Shown here piece after piece: positions 52,271 to 64,000 of a DNA stretch of 64,000 bases. Source of the stretch: Octopus sinensis (Eukaryota); assembly GCF_006345805.1 (NCBI RefSeq), contig NC_043016.1, positions 2,604,001-2,668,000 of the forward strand, in the 5' to 3' direction. The position numbers were made by a program, and so were the translations under genes. Numbering within the stretch: position 1 is the stretch's first letter; each line of letters starts with the position of its first letter. The notes beneath the pieces are model-generated. The model worked only from the letters and a program-made list of their open reading frames with translations. It was not told where the DNA came from and searched no databases.

Positions 52271-52699
52271 TTGTTTGTGTGTATAGGTGCCTTTCATCCT
52301 TTCAGGGTCGATGAAACAAGTACCATTTAAGTACTGGGGTCAATGTAATCTGCTAGCTCCCTTCTCATAAAATTTCAGGTTTTGTGCTTTATAACAGAAA
52401 GGATTACTCCTATTATTTTGGTTTGGCTCAAATAACAGAGATTTTATTTCAGTCTGTTTCAAGTTGCTTCAAAGAATTGTGACTAATTCCACTCTATCTG
52501 GGTTGCCTTTTATTGCTTGCTTGTTTCAGACTTTGGAGTGTGGCCATGCTGGGCACCACTTGAAGGGTTTAGTCAAATAAATCAACCCTGGCACGGATTA
52601 TTTTTTAAAGCCTGGAACTTGTTCTATTGAGGGATGTAAATAAACCAACACCAGTTGTCAAACAGTGGTGGTGGACAATACATGCATGCATATAAAAGC

Positions 52700-52933
52700 A
52701 CCATTTGAGCATGGCCAATGCCAGTGCCGCCTGACTGGCCCCCATGCTGATGGAATATAAAAGGCACCCACTACACTTTTGGTGTGATTGGCATTAGGAA
52801 GGGCATTGAGCTGTAGAAACCTGGCCAGATCAGATTGGAGCCTGGTGCGGCCTCCTGGCTTGCCAGCCCTCGGTCAAACTGTCCAACTTATGCCAGCATG
52901 GAAAGCGGATGTTAAATGATGATGATGATGATG
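52700..52933 (+). mobile_element. SINE-like repeat 3' part with (GAT)n tail
   Basis: GGCATTAGGAAGGGCATTGAGCTGTAGAAAC...GCATGGAAAGCGGATGTTAAATGATGATGATG; homologous to 581-855. Confidence 0.72.
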
Positions 52934-53124
52934 TATAATTATACACACACACACGCACACACATATATATGGTTCAAATTTACAGAATACAATGACGAAG
53001 ATAGGTGAAGGAACAAAAGGAAGGTATATTAGTTTAACGCTCAGGAAGAATGGAAAAGTCTTTGACATTTTGAGCCTACACTCTTTGTCTGAAAAGATTG
53101 CGTGAGAAAAAGCATACAAACATA

Positions 53125-53536
53125 GGCGCAGGAGTGGCTGTGTGGTAAGTAGCTTGCTTACCAACCACATGGTTCCGGGTTCAGTCCCACTGCGTGGAGT
53201 CTTGGGCAAGTGTATTCTACTATAGCCCCGGGCCGACCAATGCCTTGTGAGTGGATTTGGTAGACGGAAACTGAAAGAAACCTGTCGTATATATGTATAT
53301 ATATATATGTGTTTGTGTGTCTGTGTTTCCCCCCAGCATTGCTTGACAACCGATGCTGGTGTGTTTACGTCCCCGTCACTTAGCGGTTCGGCAAAAGTGA
53401 CCGATAGAATAAGTATTGGGCTTAGAAAGAATAAGTCCCGGGGTCGATTTGCTCGACTAAAGGCGGTGCTCCAGCATGGCCGCAGTCAAATGACTGAAAC
53501 AAGTAAAAGAGCAAAAGAGTAAAAGAGTAAAAGAGA
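53125..53536 (+). mobile_element. tRNA-derived SINE family A, full-length reference copy
   Basis: A box TGGCTGTGTGG, B box GGTTCAGTCCC, internal TA/TG tract, tail (GAGTAAAA)n. Confidence 0.92.
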
Positions 53537-53718
53537 GAATAGGCTCTTATCATGTCGCATGTATCAGAACTGCTCTAAGCGCCTATTGATTTGTCAAATA
53601 GGTCATATGATATAGTGAGGCTACGCCCTTAACAACACACGTACAGCCGCAGTTATGCCGCTGTTATCATAGTTAAAATTTAGACTCAAGTCCTCTACCG
53701 GCAGAAGAGATCTGTGAT

Positions 53719-54362
53719 CACCACCACCACTACTACTACTACCACCACCACCACCACTACTACTACTACTACTAGTACCACAACCACCACCACTACTACT
53801 ACTACTAGTACCACACCCACCACCACCACCACCACTACTACTACTACTACTACCACCACCACCACCACCACCACTACTACTACTACTAGTACCACACCCA
53901 CCACCACCACTTCTACTACTACTACTACCACCACCACTACCACTACCACTACTACTACCACCACCACCACCACTACTACTACTACTACCACCACCACCAC
54001 CACCACACTACTACTACTACTACCACCACCACCACCACCAACCACTACTACTACTACTAGTACCACACCCACCACCACCACTTCTACTACTACTACTACA
54101 CCACCACCACTACCACTACCATACTACTACCACCACCACCACCACTACTACTACTACTACCACCCAACCCCCACTACTACTACTACTACTACTAGTACCA
54201 CAACCCCCACACTACTACTACTACTAGTACCACACCCACCACCACTACTACTACCACCACCACCACTACTACTACTACCACAACCACCACTACTACTACT
54301 ACCACCACCACCACCACTCACTACTACCCCACCACCCCACTACTAATACTACCACCACCACC

Positions 54363-54393
<31 letters not shown>

Positions 54394-54690
54394 GTACCAC
54401 AACCACACACTACTACTACTACTAGTACCACACCCACCACCACCACCACCACTACTATACTACTACCACCACCACCACACTTACTACTACTACCACCACC
54501 ACCACCACTATTACTACTACCACCACCACCACTACTACTACTACCACCACCACCACCACACCACTACTACTACCACACCACCACCACCACTACTACTACT
54601 ACTACCACCACCACCAACACTACTACTACTACTACTACTAGTACCACAACCACCACCACTACTACTACTACTAGTACCACACCCACCACC

Positions 54691-54743
<53 letters not shown>

Positions 54744-54855
54744 CACCACAACTACTACTACTAGTACCACACCCACCACCACTACTACTACTAATACCGC
54801 CACCACCACCACCACCATCGCCGCCGCCACCACCACCACCACCACTACCACTACT
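53719..54855. repeat. ~1.14-kb mosaic (ACC)n/(ACT)n trinucleotide array
   Basis: Alternating ACC and ACT tracts punctuated by a recurrent AGTACCACA(A)CC cassette. Confidence 0.95.
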
Positions 54856-55037
54856 TTTATTGCTGCAACCTGTCACGTTTATGTTGACTGGTTGCTTCTA
54901 TACATCCATTGTCCTGCTATAACAAAAAAAAAAATCACACATACTTGTATACAAATGCACATACACACATATATATATAATGCATAATATATGTATATAT
55001 ATATTTGTGTGCGTTTGTGTATGTATATGCACATATG

Positions 55038-55071
<34 letters not shown>

Positions 55072-55387
55072 GCGTGCGTGGTGTTTACATATGTCTGGTC
55101 ATTAGGAAGAAAAAGTGCGAATGCATGTGTGTATGCGTGTTTGCACGGTAGTGGAGGTGTAGCGCTGACGCATGCGCGTGTTTGTGTGACGGTGTGTTTG
55201 TCGGTGCGTGTATGTGTATGCAGGAAACACGAGGCGTTGTCCGCTGTTAATTACAGAACAATGGAGGCATGTGTGTCCGCAAGGTAGGCTGTACGTTCCC
55301 TCCGAATCTGTTTTAACGATGTCTGTCAGTTTCGTTCTGTTTGCGTGAATCAGCTCCGAACGACAACGCACGCGTCCCTAGCAGCAA

Positions 55388-55473
55388 CCGCGCCACCCGC
55401 GCCACCCGCGCCACCCGCGCCACCCGCGCCACCCGCGCCACCCGCGCCACCCGCGCCACCCGCGCCACCCGCC
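55388..55473. repeat. GC-rich 9-bp tandem repeat (CCGCGCCAC)x9.5
   Basis: Nine perfect units plus a partial unit. Confidence 0.97.
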
Positions 55474-56139
55474 AATAATTGTACATGCTGTAGCTGCAAC
55501 AGTTTGGTGCCATATGGCTTCTTTCAGACGTAGACCAATTGTGTGTGTATGAATCAGTGTGTTCTCGTTTGTGTGGGTCTGTGAGTATATGTATATATGT
55601 TATGTATATATGCATGCATGCATTCATATATATATATATATATGTGTGTGTATTATGTATGTATGTATATATGTCTGTGTATATGCGTGTGCATAAGTGT
55701 GTGTGCGTGCGCGTATGGTCTATATATCTACTTAAGATATTTATATGTTGTATGTGCGTATGCATTGTGTGTATTTAGCGTGTACGTTTGAATTCATGTG
55801 TATGTATAAGCTTATGTTCTATATTGTTGTGTTTGCGCGAGTGTGTGTGTGTGTGTGTGTGTGTGTTTGTGTGTGTGTGTGACTGTGCGAGCGTGCATGC
55901 GGAGATGTGGATGAAAGCAAGGATGCGCAATAACGCTGAAAATAAATGAACAAGAAAAGTGTATCTGTCGTTCGATATGAATAAATGTGGCTGAGATGGA
56001 AAGAAGAGGGATGAAGGAGGAAAAGAAAAATATGATGAGATACTGAGAAGTGGTAGGAGAGAAAGTATATATTGGGTGATACGTTGAAAAATGAACGTCA
56101 TGGCGATTAGAGAACGATGCAGCGTATATTTGGAAGAGA

Positions 56140-56214
56140 GATAGATAGATAGACAAACTGATAGATAGATAGGCAGATAGATAGATAAATAGATAGATAG
56201 ATAGATAGATAGGT
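56140..56214. repeat. (GATA)n run at the 3' end of Tx1 copy 6
   Basis: Directly visible, with a few variant units. Confidence 0.95.
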
Positions 56215-59200
56215 AACTTTTTATTGTATCCACACAGGGCTAAACACAGAATAAAAATGGACGAAATACAATGTAGAATTTTTTCTTTTCGAGGTGGGAT
56301 GGGTGAGGCAAAAAAAAAAAAAAAAAAACCTTTGATCAATAGAGATCTGTGGGTTGTGTGGTGTATAAAAAAGCACTATATATATATATATAAGGTTCAC
56401 AGTTTAGGTGTAGCCTTGGAAAGAAAAACCTACAAAAAAGACCAAGGTCACCTCAGGCAATTCGAAAAAGAACACATGAGTAAGTCGCCTTACTTCTCGT
56501 TGTCTCTTTTGGTTACAGATTTATGCTTAAAATAGTGTCGTCTTTCATACTGACCATTTTTGCCACTTTTACCCACTTTTTATTAAAACATTCGTTCGAC
56601 AAAGCCTTCCTCTCTATTCTCATCCTCCTTTTCAAGTGGTACTTGAAAAAGTTGACGAGAGACTGACCAGAGAGGAAGGTGTTTGTTTGCAGTCCTTTCA
56701 AACGCGTCCACCACACATTCTTTCGCCATAGCCATCAGCGTAACGAAAACCGTTTTCCCTTCCCGTTTAAAGGAAGGTGGTGGAACAATATTCACGATAG
56801 ACTCGGCCGATAGGCGAGCCTGACCTACACGTGACAACAGCTGTTCGACGAAGGACCACAGCTCTGAAATATCTGGACACTGCACGAGTGCTGCAGAACG
56901 GTTTCGTCGCTCTGACCGCATCTCGGGCAGGTCGGTCCGGTGATGGTTTTCGAACCGTGTCTGTAGCTCTTCTCTCGAACAGGTAGTGCGTCTCGATAGC
57001 ACTGCCAAGCCAGGGATTTCTGGAAGTTATCCATAGGTCCCGGCCCGAACGTCGTCCTGAACAGGCGGGTTAGGAATTCCTCGTCGACCCCCAGGTTTGC
57101 CCCGAGTGTGTCGTCGGACTTCCCCTCCACTAGTCCTCTATAGAACGCTTTAGTCGTTTGGAAGTTGCACAAGTTTGACCCCGGTCGGCAGAGCTGCCAA
57201 TCGCCCAGTTTCGGTCTCTTTTTGATCCACGTTTGCAGTTCGGTCAGTGAGACGAGCTGCGGGAAGTCGCGCCTCACAAACGGCGCCCACACCTGTTCAC
57301 CGTCGTCGATGAATTTCCAGAGATGTCGCAGTCTCAGCGCATGCCTGCGCATCATCAACCACGGCATGCCCAGTCCTCCATCAACGAAGTGTTGACACAA
57401 TGGACTTCCTCACCATCCGAACGCCACCCTTCCACAGGAAGCGGAAGAGTATGCGTTCCAGTTTGGTGATGGTGGCGTCGGGACAAGGTACGACGGTCAG
57501 GCGGTAATCGATGACGGATGCGATGTACGCGTTCGCCACCTCCGCCCAGCCTTTTAGAGACAGCTTTCTCTCGGCCCATGTTTGGCTGAGAGCGACCACT
57601 CTACTCGTGATCTCGTCCAATTCTTATCCATTTGGAGGTCCGGACTGAACCAGACCCCGAGCAATTTAACCGGTCCGTCCGTCCAGCGTCCCACTACTGA
57701 GCCGCAGTCGGACGGCATGGGCTTGCTTCTCCAGGTGCCGAGTAGCAAACCCACTGACTTTTCCGGGTTAATCTTTGCTCCCGTCACCGTTTCATATTTT
57801 CTTAGTGTCTCGCCGACCAGCTCGATGTGCTGGTAGCTCGACACTATGACGGTGACATCGTCCGCATATGCCGACACGCTCGTCCCGCAACCTAGTTCCC
57901 GTGGGATGCCCCTCAGTGTCGCCAGCTTCCGCAGTAGCGGCTGGAGAGTCAATACATACAGAAGCGCCGACAGGGGACACCCCTGACGGACCGAACGCGT
58001 GATGTCAAACGGTTTCGAAAGGTGACCGTTCACCCGAATCACCAATCGGATGCCGCTATACAAGGCAGCGATCCAACCGCGGAAGACGGGACCGAAGCCA
58101 GCCGCCCTGAGGACGGCCGCCAAGTACCGATGGTCGACCCTATCGAAGGCTTTAGACTGATCCAAATTTATCAGCGCCCCACCCATGCCAGGATCCTTAA
58201 CTACCCTGTCCACAATGTAGCGCATCAGATGGAGGTTGTCATGTATGGTTCTGCCCGGCACGGCGCATGTTTGCGCCCTGTCGACCAGTTTACCAATGAC
58301 AAGCGCAAACTCTCGGCTATTACTTTGGCCAAAATTTTCAAATCTGCGTTGAGCAGAGTGATGGGCCTGAAATTATCTATAAAATTCCCCTTGTTTGAGT
58401 CTTTCTTCAGCAACGTCACTGCACCTCGGCTCACGAAACGGGGATTCTCCCGTTTTGTTGCCAGTTGCAGTAGACTGATGCCAAGAGGTCGCCAAACAAG
58501 TCTGGCATTCGACAATACAGCTCGTAGGGTAAACCATCCAATCCAGGCGACTTATCCCTCGCGCAGCCGCCATCGCATCCCACACGTCAGCGGCTGTGAT
58601 GGGACTTTCACAACACTCCGCCTCTCTTGCCGAGAGCCGCGGCAGGTCGGTCAGGTAGGCACTGAAATCCATCCCTCGTTCCGACCCACCACTCGCACCA
58701 AACAGTCGAGCGAAGTGCTGTTGAATGAAAGGCCTCGAGTAAACTGCATCCCTGTTGATCTATTAGAGACCGAATGGTTCATCTGTTGCCACGCTGCGCC
58801 TCCGCTACCGGGCCTCTCGCGCAGCTTCAATCCCTTCGTTCCTTAAGGCACGCATTTTAGCTCTGACGACGCAACCTTCGTGCTTGGCGTTGAGGTGTTG
58901 GTCGAGGGCCATCCTCGCAGATTAGCACGTTGGTTGCGCTGCCAGTGGTAAGTGCCTCTTCTAGTTTCTTAACTAAGTCTCCCTCTACTCTATTTCGTTC
59001 TATCGCTAATCTTGCTAAACCTAATTGATTCCGATTTTATTGCCATTTTCAGGGCGTACCACCAGCGGTTGTTAACGACCGCTCCCGTCAGCGCCCTCTT
59101 AATTAACTCGCTAATCCGGTTCCTGTAAACCTGTCGCGCTAACAGCGACGTGTTCAGTTTCCAGTAACCGGGACCCTGCCTATGTTTTATCTAAGTCGAG

Positions 59201-61951
59201 CGTACACGTAACAAATTTGTGATCTGTGTAGCTGACTATTTTAAATTGTGGACATCCTACACTATCCCTATCCGCTGTCCTGCATAGAATTCTATCTAGA
59301 TAAGATCTCGACGATCCGACGCGGTTTGTCTACACCCCCTTCTATTCCTATCCCTTCCCACATAATCTAGATGCGTGTCCAAGGTAGCGTTCCAATCCCC
59401 TACTAACAGTAAAGGTCTAGACGTACCCAGGAAAACCTCTAGACGTCTGAAGAAATCCGCCCGACCCGTTAAGGACGGTGCATAAACTGCCATCAGACGG
59501 AATGCACACCCATTTCTGCCATCCACGTCCAAGACAACCAGCCTACCCTCCGGGTCTAGGAATATTGCTCTTACTTTTACCTTTAGACTCTTTCGAAAAA
59601 GCACCGCAGTAGTACCTCCACCACCCATGTTCGGCAGACAGGGAGAAAAATAAATGTCAAATTGATTGCTAAACATGGACTCGAGGGCCCGCGGCTTACT
59701 GAGTCTGGTTTCACTGATAGCTACTATATCCACGTCCAGTGACTTGATGTCGTTTAGAAGGTAACCTTGCTTCCAAGCCGACGCCAAGCCACGCGCATTC
59801 ACACAACCTAATTTAAGCATACTTGACATTTGCGAAAATTGTGTTTTACACGCTATATTAGAAGAGACAAGAGGCAAGAAGTGATGTCACTTACTCATTT
59901 TAAAAGTTTCATTTTTTTCTTCTTCTTCTTTTGTATCGTTTTTGATGAGGTGTTTGTATAGTTTTTTCGACAGGTATCGTTGATACCCGCCTACCGCATT
60001 CGGAAATAATGTTTTCAGTATGTGGTGTTGTGCTTGTGTTATGTGTAAAATTCTGATGTGTTTCGGTGGTGTGGTGTGCGGATGATTGTTGTCTTCTTAA
60101 AATCATCTTCACAGACGACCATGTTAGATTTGATGTAGTCCATTAATTCTTTATTGTCTGTGTCTATTGCAGTTAGTTGTGTGTGTGGTTTTACGGGTTC
60201 ATTACTTTTTTGATTGTCTAGGGGAATGTTGTCCTGAGTGAGATATCTCCCTGCTTTAATTCCTTGTTTGGTGGATTTTTTGATCTTTTTCTTTTACCCC
60301 TGTGGCTATTTGCCATTCCGTCGAACTTTCGTCGTCCGACGTATCAGTATGGGGTAGAGGAAAAAGAACAGGATCACTATGTATGCTTGTATAAATTGTT
60401 GATGTTTTGTGCGGTGTTTGTGTTGTTGTGGTGTTAGGGGTAGCATTTGTCTTCTCGTCAGTGTTTCTGTCTTTTAATTGTCGTCCTGGGTGTGGGTGTG
60501 GGTCGATTTTTTAAAGATTCAACAAGTTTAATTGGTTGTGACGTCAACGGTGATTGTGTTGTACTGTTTTTCTTGGTGATGTTGTTGGGGTTTGTTGTTT
60601 TTCTTGGCGTTGTTCCATAATTGAGTGTGTTGGTGTTGGTGTTGGCAACAAAGGGATTTTATTGTTTTCTGAATTGTTCTTCTTGTTTTTTCTGTACCAG
60701 ATCGCACTTGGCAATCAAATGTTCGGGGCTGCCACATTTGTAGCATCTAGGCTTTTTGCCTTCTGCCATAACATATAGGCATTGCCCATTCTCCAAGTAT
60801 ATCTTGTCGGGTAGGCTCTCGATAGAGGCCCCCTCAATCTGGATGGTCACAACTACTGTTTTTCCACCCCAATTGTCGATTAGGTACACGGCTGTTTCTA
60901 GAATATTGATTTTTCAAGTGGTAACAGATTGCCCCTGTTATCCATTTGTTCGGCATATCGGGGGGTACATTTCTGATAGTAATTCTACTCACCCTCTGTT
61001 TTTATAATAAGGGACCATGATGATTTCATCATTTCCCAGAGACTCAGTAGAGTGAGCTTTTGCCACTCCTGGTTAGGGAAGCGGACCACTACTGTGTTAA
61101 ACTGGGGACCCCAGTTTATATACTCTTTTTCTTTCATTATGTTTTTTAAACATTTCTCCACATCAGTTTTTGTAATCTGTTCATTTGGTTTTTTGTTTTT
61201 CTAATAATTTTATAAACAATTGTCTTATTTTCTATTTCTTGTTTTATATGTTGAGGTGTATGCAGGACTAAATCTTGTCCACGGGTTGTAAAGAGAGCTC
61301 TTGTTTCTATGAGCTCTTCATTTGTGAATGTAACAATCTCCTTTTTCTGGCGAAGAATATCTGCGAAATTTACTGTTGTTGACTTTATTGTATTGGCATC
61401 TTCACTATTAGATAGTTCATTTTTATTGTTGTTCTTGTTGTTGCTGTTGTTTTTGTCAATAGTTTTCGTTTCAGTTTTATTTTTATCATTTATGTTGGTC
61501 GTAGTAGTGGTGGTGGTGGTGGTGGAGGTGGTGGTGGTAGCAGTTGTTGTCTCGTGGTTGCTGTTGTTAGTGTTGGTGGTGGTGGCGGTGGTGACAGGGC
61601 TGTTAACGCACGTGGTTGCAGCGTTCCTTTCACCGAATTTCACGTTGGCATTTTTCGTGCGAACGTTCTTTTTTTTCTCTGTCGTTTCCAGACTAGGAAA
61701 ATGTTGTTCCAAAAAAGAACGCGACCAGCGTCAACAATAAAATTTCTAGACATTTTCTAATGTCGAGAAGAAAATAATAGAAATGAAATGGGGTCGAAAC
61801 TGCCCCTAGGGGCGAATTCCTCCCTTGGAGAAGCACTCAAATGAAAGTTGGTTGCCTTACACACCTTATTTGCAAAAATCTACACAAAAATTGGCCTATA
61901 AATAGTCAAATAAAGATTACCTTCGGAGCTGAACGACATTCACATCCGTCA
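56215..61951 (-). mobile_element. Tx1 copy 6, essentially full length (~5.74 kb), frameshifted
   Basis: ORF1 near 61760 with the knuckle CYKCGSPEHLIAKC (~60700-60745); ORF2 ATG at 59820 (MLKLGCVNARGLASAWKQGYLLNDIKSLDVDIVAISETRL); RT (57554-58261) and CCHC. Confidence 0.95.
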
Positions 61952-61955
61952 ATAA

Positions 61956-62017
<62 letters not shown>
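61952..62017. repeat. (GATA)n spacer between copies 6 and 7
   Basis: Directly visible. Confidence 0.95.
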
Positions 62018-62019
<2 letters not shown>

Positions 62020-64000
62020 CTTTTTATTGTAGCCACACAGGGCTAAACACAGAATAAAAATGGACGAAATACAATGTAGAATTTTTTCTTTTCGAGGTGG
62101 GATGGGTGGGGCAAGAAAAAAAAAAAAAAAAAAAAACGTTTGATCAATAGGGATCTGTGGGTTGTGTGGTGTATAAAAAAGCAATATATATATATATAAG
62201 GTTCACAGTTTAGGTGTAGTCTTGGAAAGAAAAACCTACAAAAAAGACCAAGGTCACCTCAGGCAATTCGAAAAAGAACACATGAGTAAGTCGCCTTACT
62301 TCTCGTTGTCTCTTTTGGTTACAGATTTATGCTTAAAATAGTGTCGTCTTTCATACTGACCATTTTTGCCACTTTTACCCACTTTTTATTAAAACATTCG
62401 TTCGACAAAGCCTTCCTCTCTATTCTCATCCTCCTTTTCAAGTGGTACTTGAAAAAGTTGACGAGAGACTGACCAGAGAGGAAGGTGTTTGTTTGCAGTC
62501 CTTTCAAACGCGTCCACCACACACATTCTTTCGCCATAGCCATCAGCGTAACGAAAACCGTTTCCCTTCCCGTTTAAAGGAAGGTGGTGGAACAATATTC
62601 ACGATAGACTCGGCCGATAGGCGAGCCTGACCTACACGTGACAACAGCTGTTCGACGAAGGACCACAGCTCTGAAATATCTGGACACTGCACGAGTGCGT
62701 GCAGAACGGTTTCGTCGCTCTGACCGCATCTCGGGCAGGTCGGTCCGGTGATGGTTTTCGAACCGTGTCTGTAGCTCTTCTCTCGAACAGGTAGTGCGTC
62801 TCGATAGCACTGCCAAGCCAGGGATTTCTGGAAGTTATCCATAGGCCCCGGCCCGAACGTCGTCCTGAACAGGCGGGTTAGGAATTCCTCGTCGACGCCC
62901 AGGTTTGCCCCGAGTGTGTCGTCGGACCTCCCCTCCACTAGTCCTCTATAGAACGCTTTAGTCGTTTGGAAGTTGCACAAGTTTGACCCCGGTCGGCAGA
63001 GCTGCTGTAGAGCTTGGCGACACTCTCGGTGCCAATCGCCCAGTTTCGGTCTCTTTTTGATCCACGTTTGCAGTTCGGTCAGTGAGACGAGCTGCGGGAA
63101 GTCGCGCCTCACAAACGGCGCCCACACCTGTTCACCGTCGTCGATGAATTTCCAGAGATGTCGCAGTCTCAGCGCATGCCTGCGCATCATCAACCACGGC
63201 ATGCCCAGTCCTCCATTCAACGGATGTTGACAGCAAATGGACTTCCTCACCATCGGAACGCCACCCTTCCACAGGAAGCGGAAGAGTATGCGTTCCAGTT
63301 TGGTGATGGTGGCGTCGGGACAAGGTACGACGGTCAGGCGGTAATCGATGACGGATGCGATGTACGCGTTCGCCACCTCCGCCCGGCCTTTTAGAGACAG
63401 CTTTCTCTCGGCCCATGTTTGGCTGAGAGCGACCACTCTACTCGTGATCTCGTCCCAGTTCTTATCCATTTGGAGGTCCGGACTGAACCAGACCCCGAGC
63501 AATTTAACCGGTCCGTCCGTCCAGCGTCCCACTACTGAGCCGCAGTCGGACGGCATGGGCTTGCTTTCCAGGTGCCGAGTAGCAAACCCACTGACTTTTC
63601 CGGGTTAATCTTTGCTCCCGTCACCGTTTCATATTTTCTTAGTGTCTCGCCGACCAGCTCGATGTGCTGGTAGCTCGACACTATGACGGTGACATCGTCC
63701 GCATATGCCGACACGCTCGTCCCGCAACCCAGTTCCCGTGGGATGCCCCTCAGTGTCGCCAGCTTCCGCAGTAGCGGCTCGAGAGTCAATACATACAGAA
63801 GCGCCGACAGGGGACACCCCTGACTGACCGAACGCGTGATGTCAAACGGTTTTGACAGGTGACCGTTTACCCGAATCACCAATCGGATGCCGCTATACAA
63901 GGCAGCGATCCAACCGCGGAAGACGGGACCGAAGCCAGCCGCCCTGAGGACGGCCGCCAAGTACCGATGGTCGACCCTATCGAAGGCTTTAGACTGATCC
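62018..64000 (-). mobile_element. Tx1 copy 7 (3'UTR to RT; continues past the window end), near-identical to copy 6
   Basis: 337-aa uninterrupted ORF2 segment 62543-63556 and 142-aa segment 63532-63960 containing QGCPLS and YADDV. Confidence 0.95.

Noticed and set aside
51957-53200. tRNA genes at SINE heads (51957, 53125 and others)
   Set aside because: A and B boxes are present but no complete cloverleaf is evident, and each continues into a repeated SINE body.
53695-54876. Poly-Thr (mucin-like) or poly-Val ORFs
   Set aside because: Pure triplet mosaic with frame-shifting indels and no flanking coding context or splice evidence.
55345-55533. (PPA)n / (RVA)n ORFs
   Set aside because: Product of the 9-bp tandem repeat; both strands are open simply because the unit lacks stops.
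58022-58846. Long plus-strand ORFs antisense to Tx1 ORF2 (e.g. 274 aa)
   Set aside because: Shadow ORFs of GC-rich retroelement coding sequence; not maintained in the other copies.

Overview
Repeat-dominated, AT-rich animal genomic DNA. The SINE families and microsatellite load resemble an Octopus genome (inference from recall, not a database result). I found no intact host gene; the only host-derived sequence I recognise is a decayed, intron-less 3' fragment of MLH3 (1383-1722). The dominant structure is two head-to-tail arrays of L1-clade (Tx1-like) non-LTR retrotransposons: seven copies, all on the minus strand (25128-42071 and 56215-64000). Every visible element end abuts a (GATA)n run, which points to a (TATC)n-microsatellite-targeting family that regenerates its own target and stacks successive insertions of different subfamilies. 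One copy is mosaic, and a tRNA-derived SINE at 5806-6026 carries the same 3' tail. Also present: a 3.2 kb 17-bp minisatellite with 12-mer and 35-mer higher-order duplications, a Penelope-like (GIY-YIG) fragment between inverted repeats, a 186-bp foldback, R4/Dong-like RLE retrotransposon remnants, two CR1-group 3' fragments, a full-length fossil mariner with TIRs and TA TSD, many SINEs and microsatellites, and a 100-N gap (42072-42171). Most listed ORFs are microsatellite translations. Boundaries were read by eye and are approximate to a few bases unless stated.
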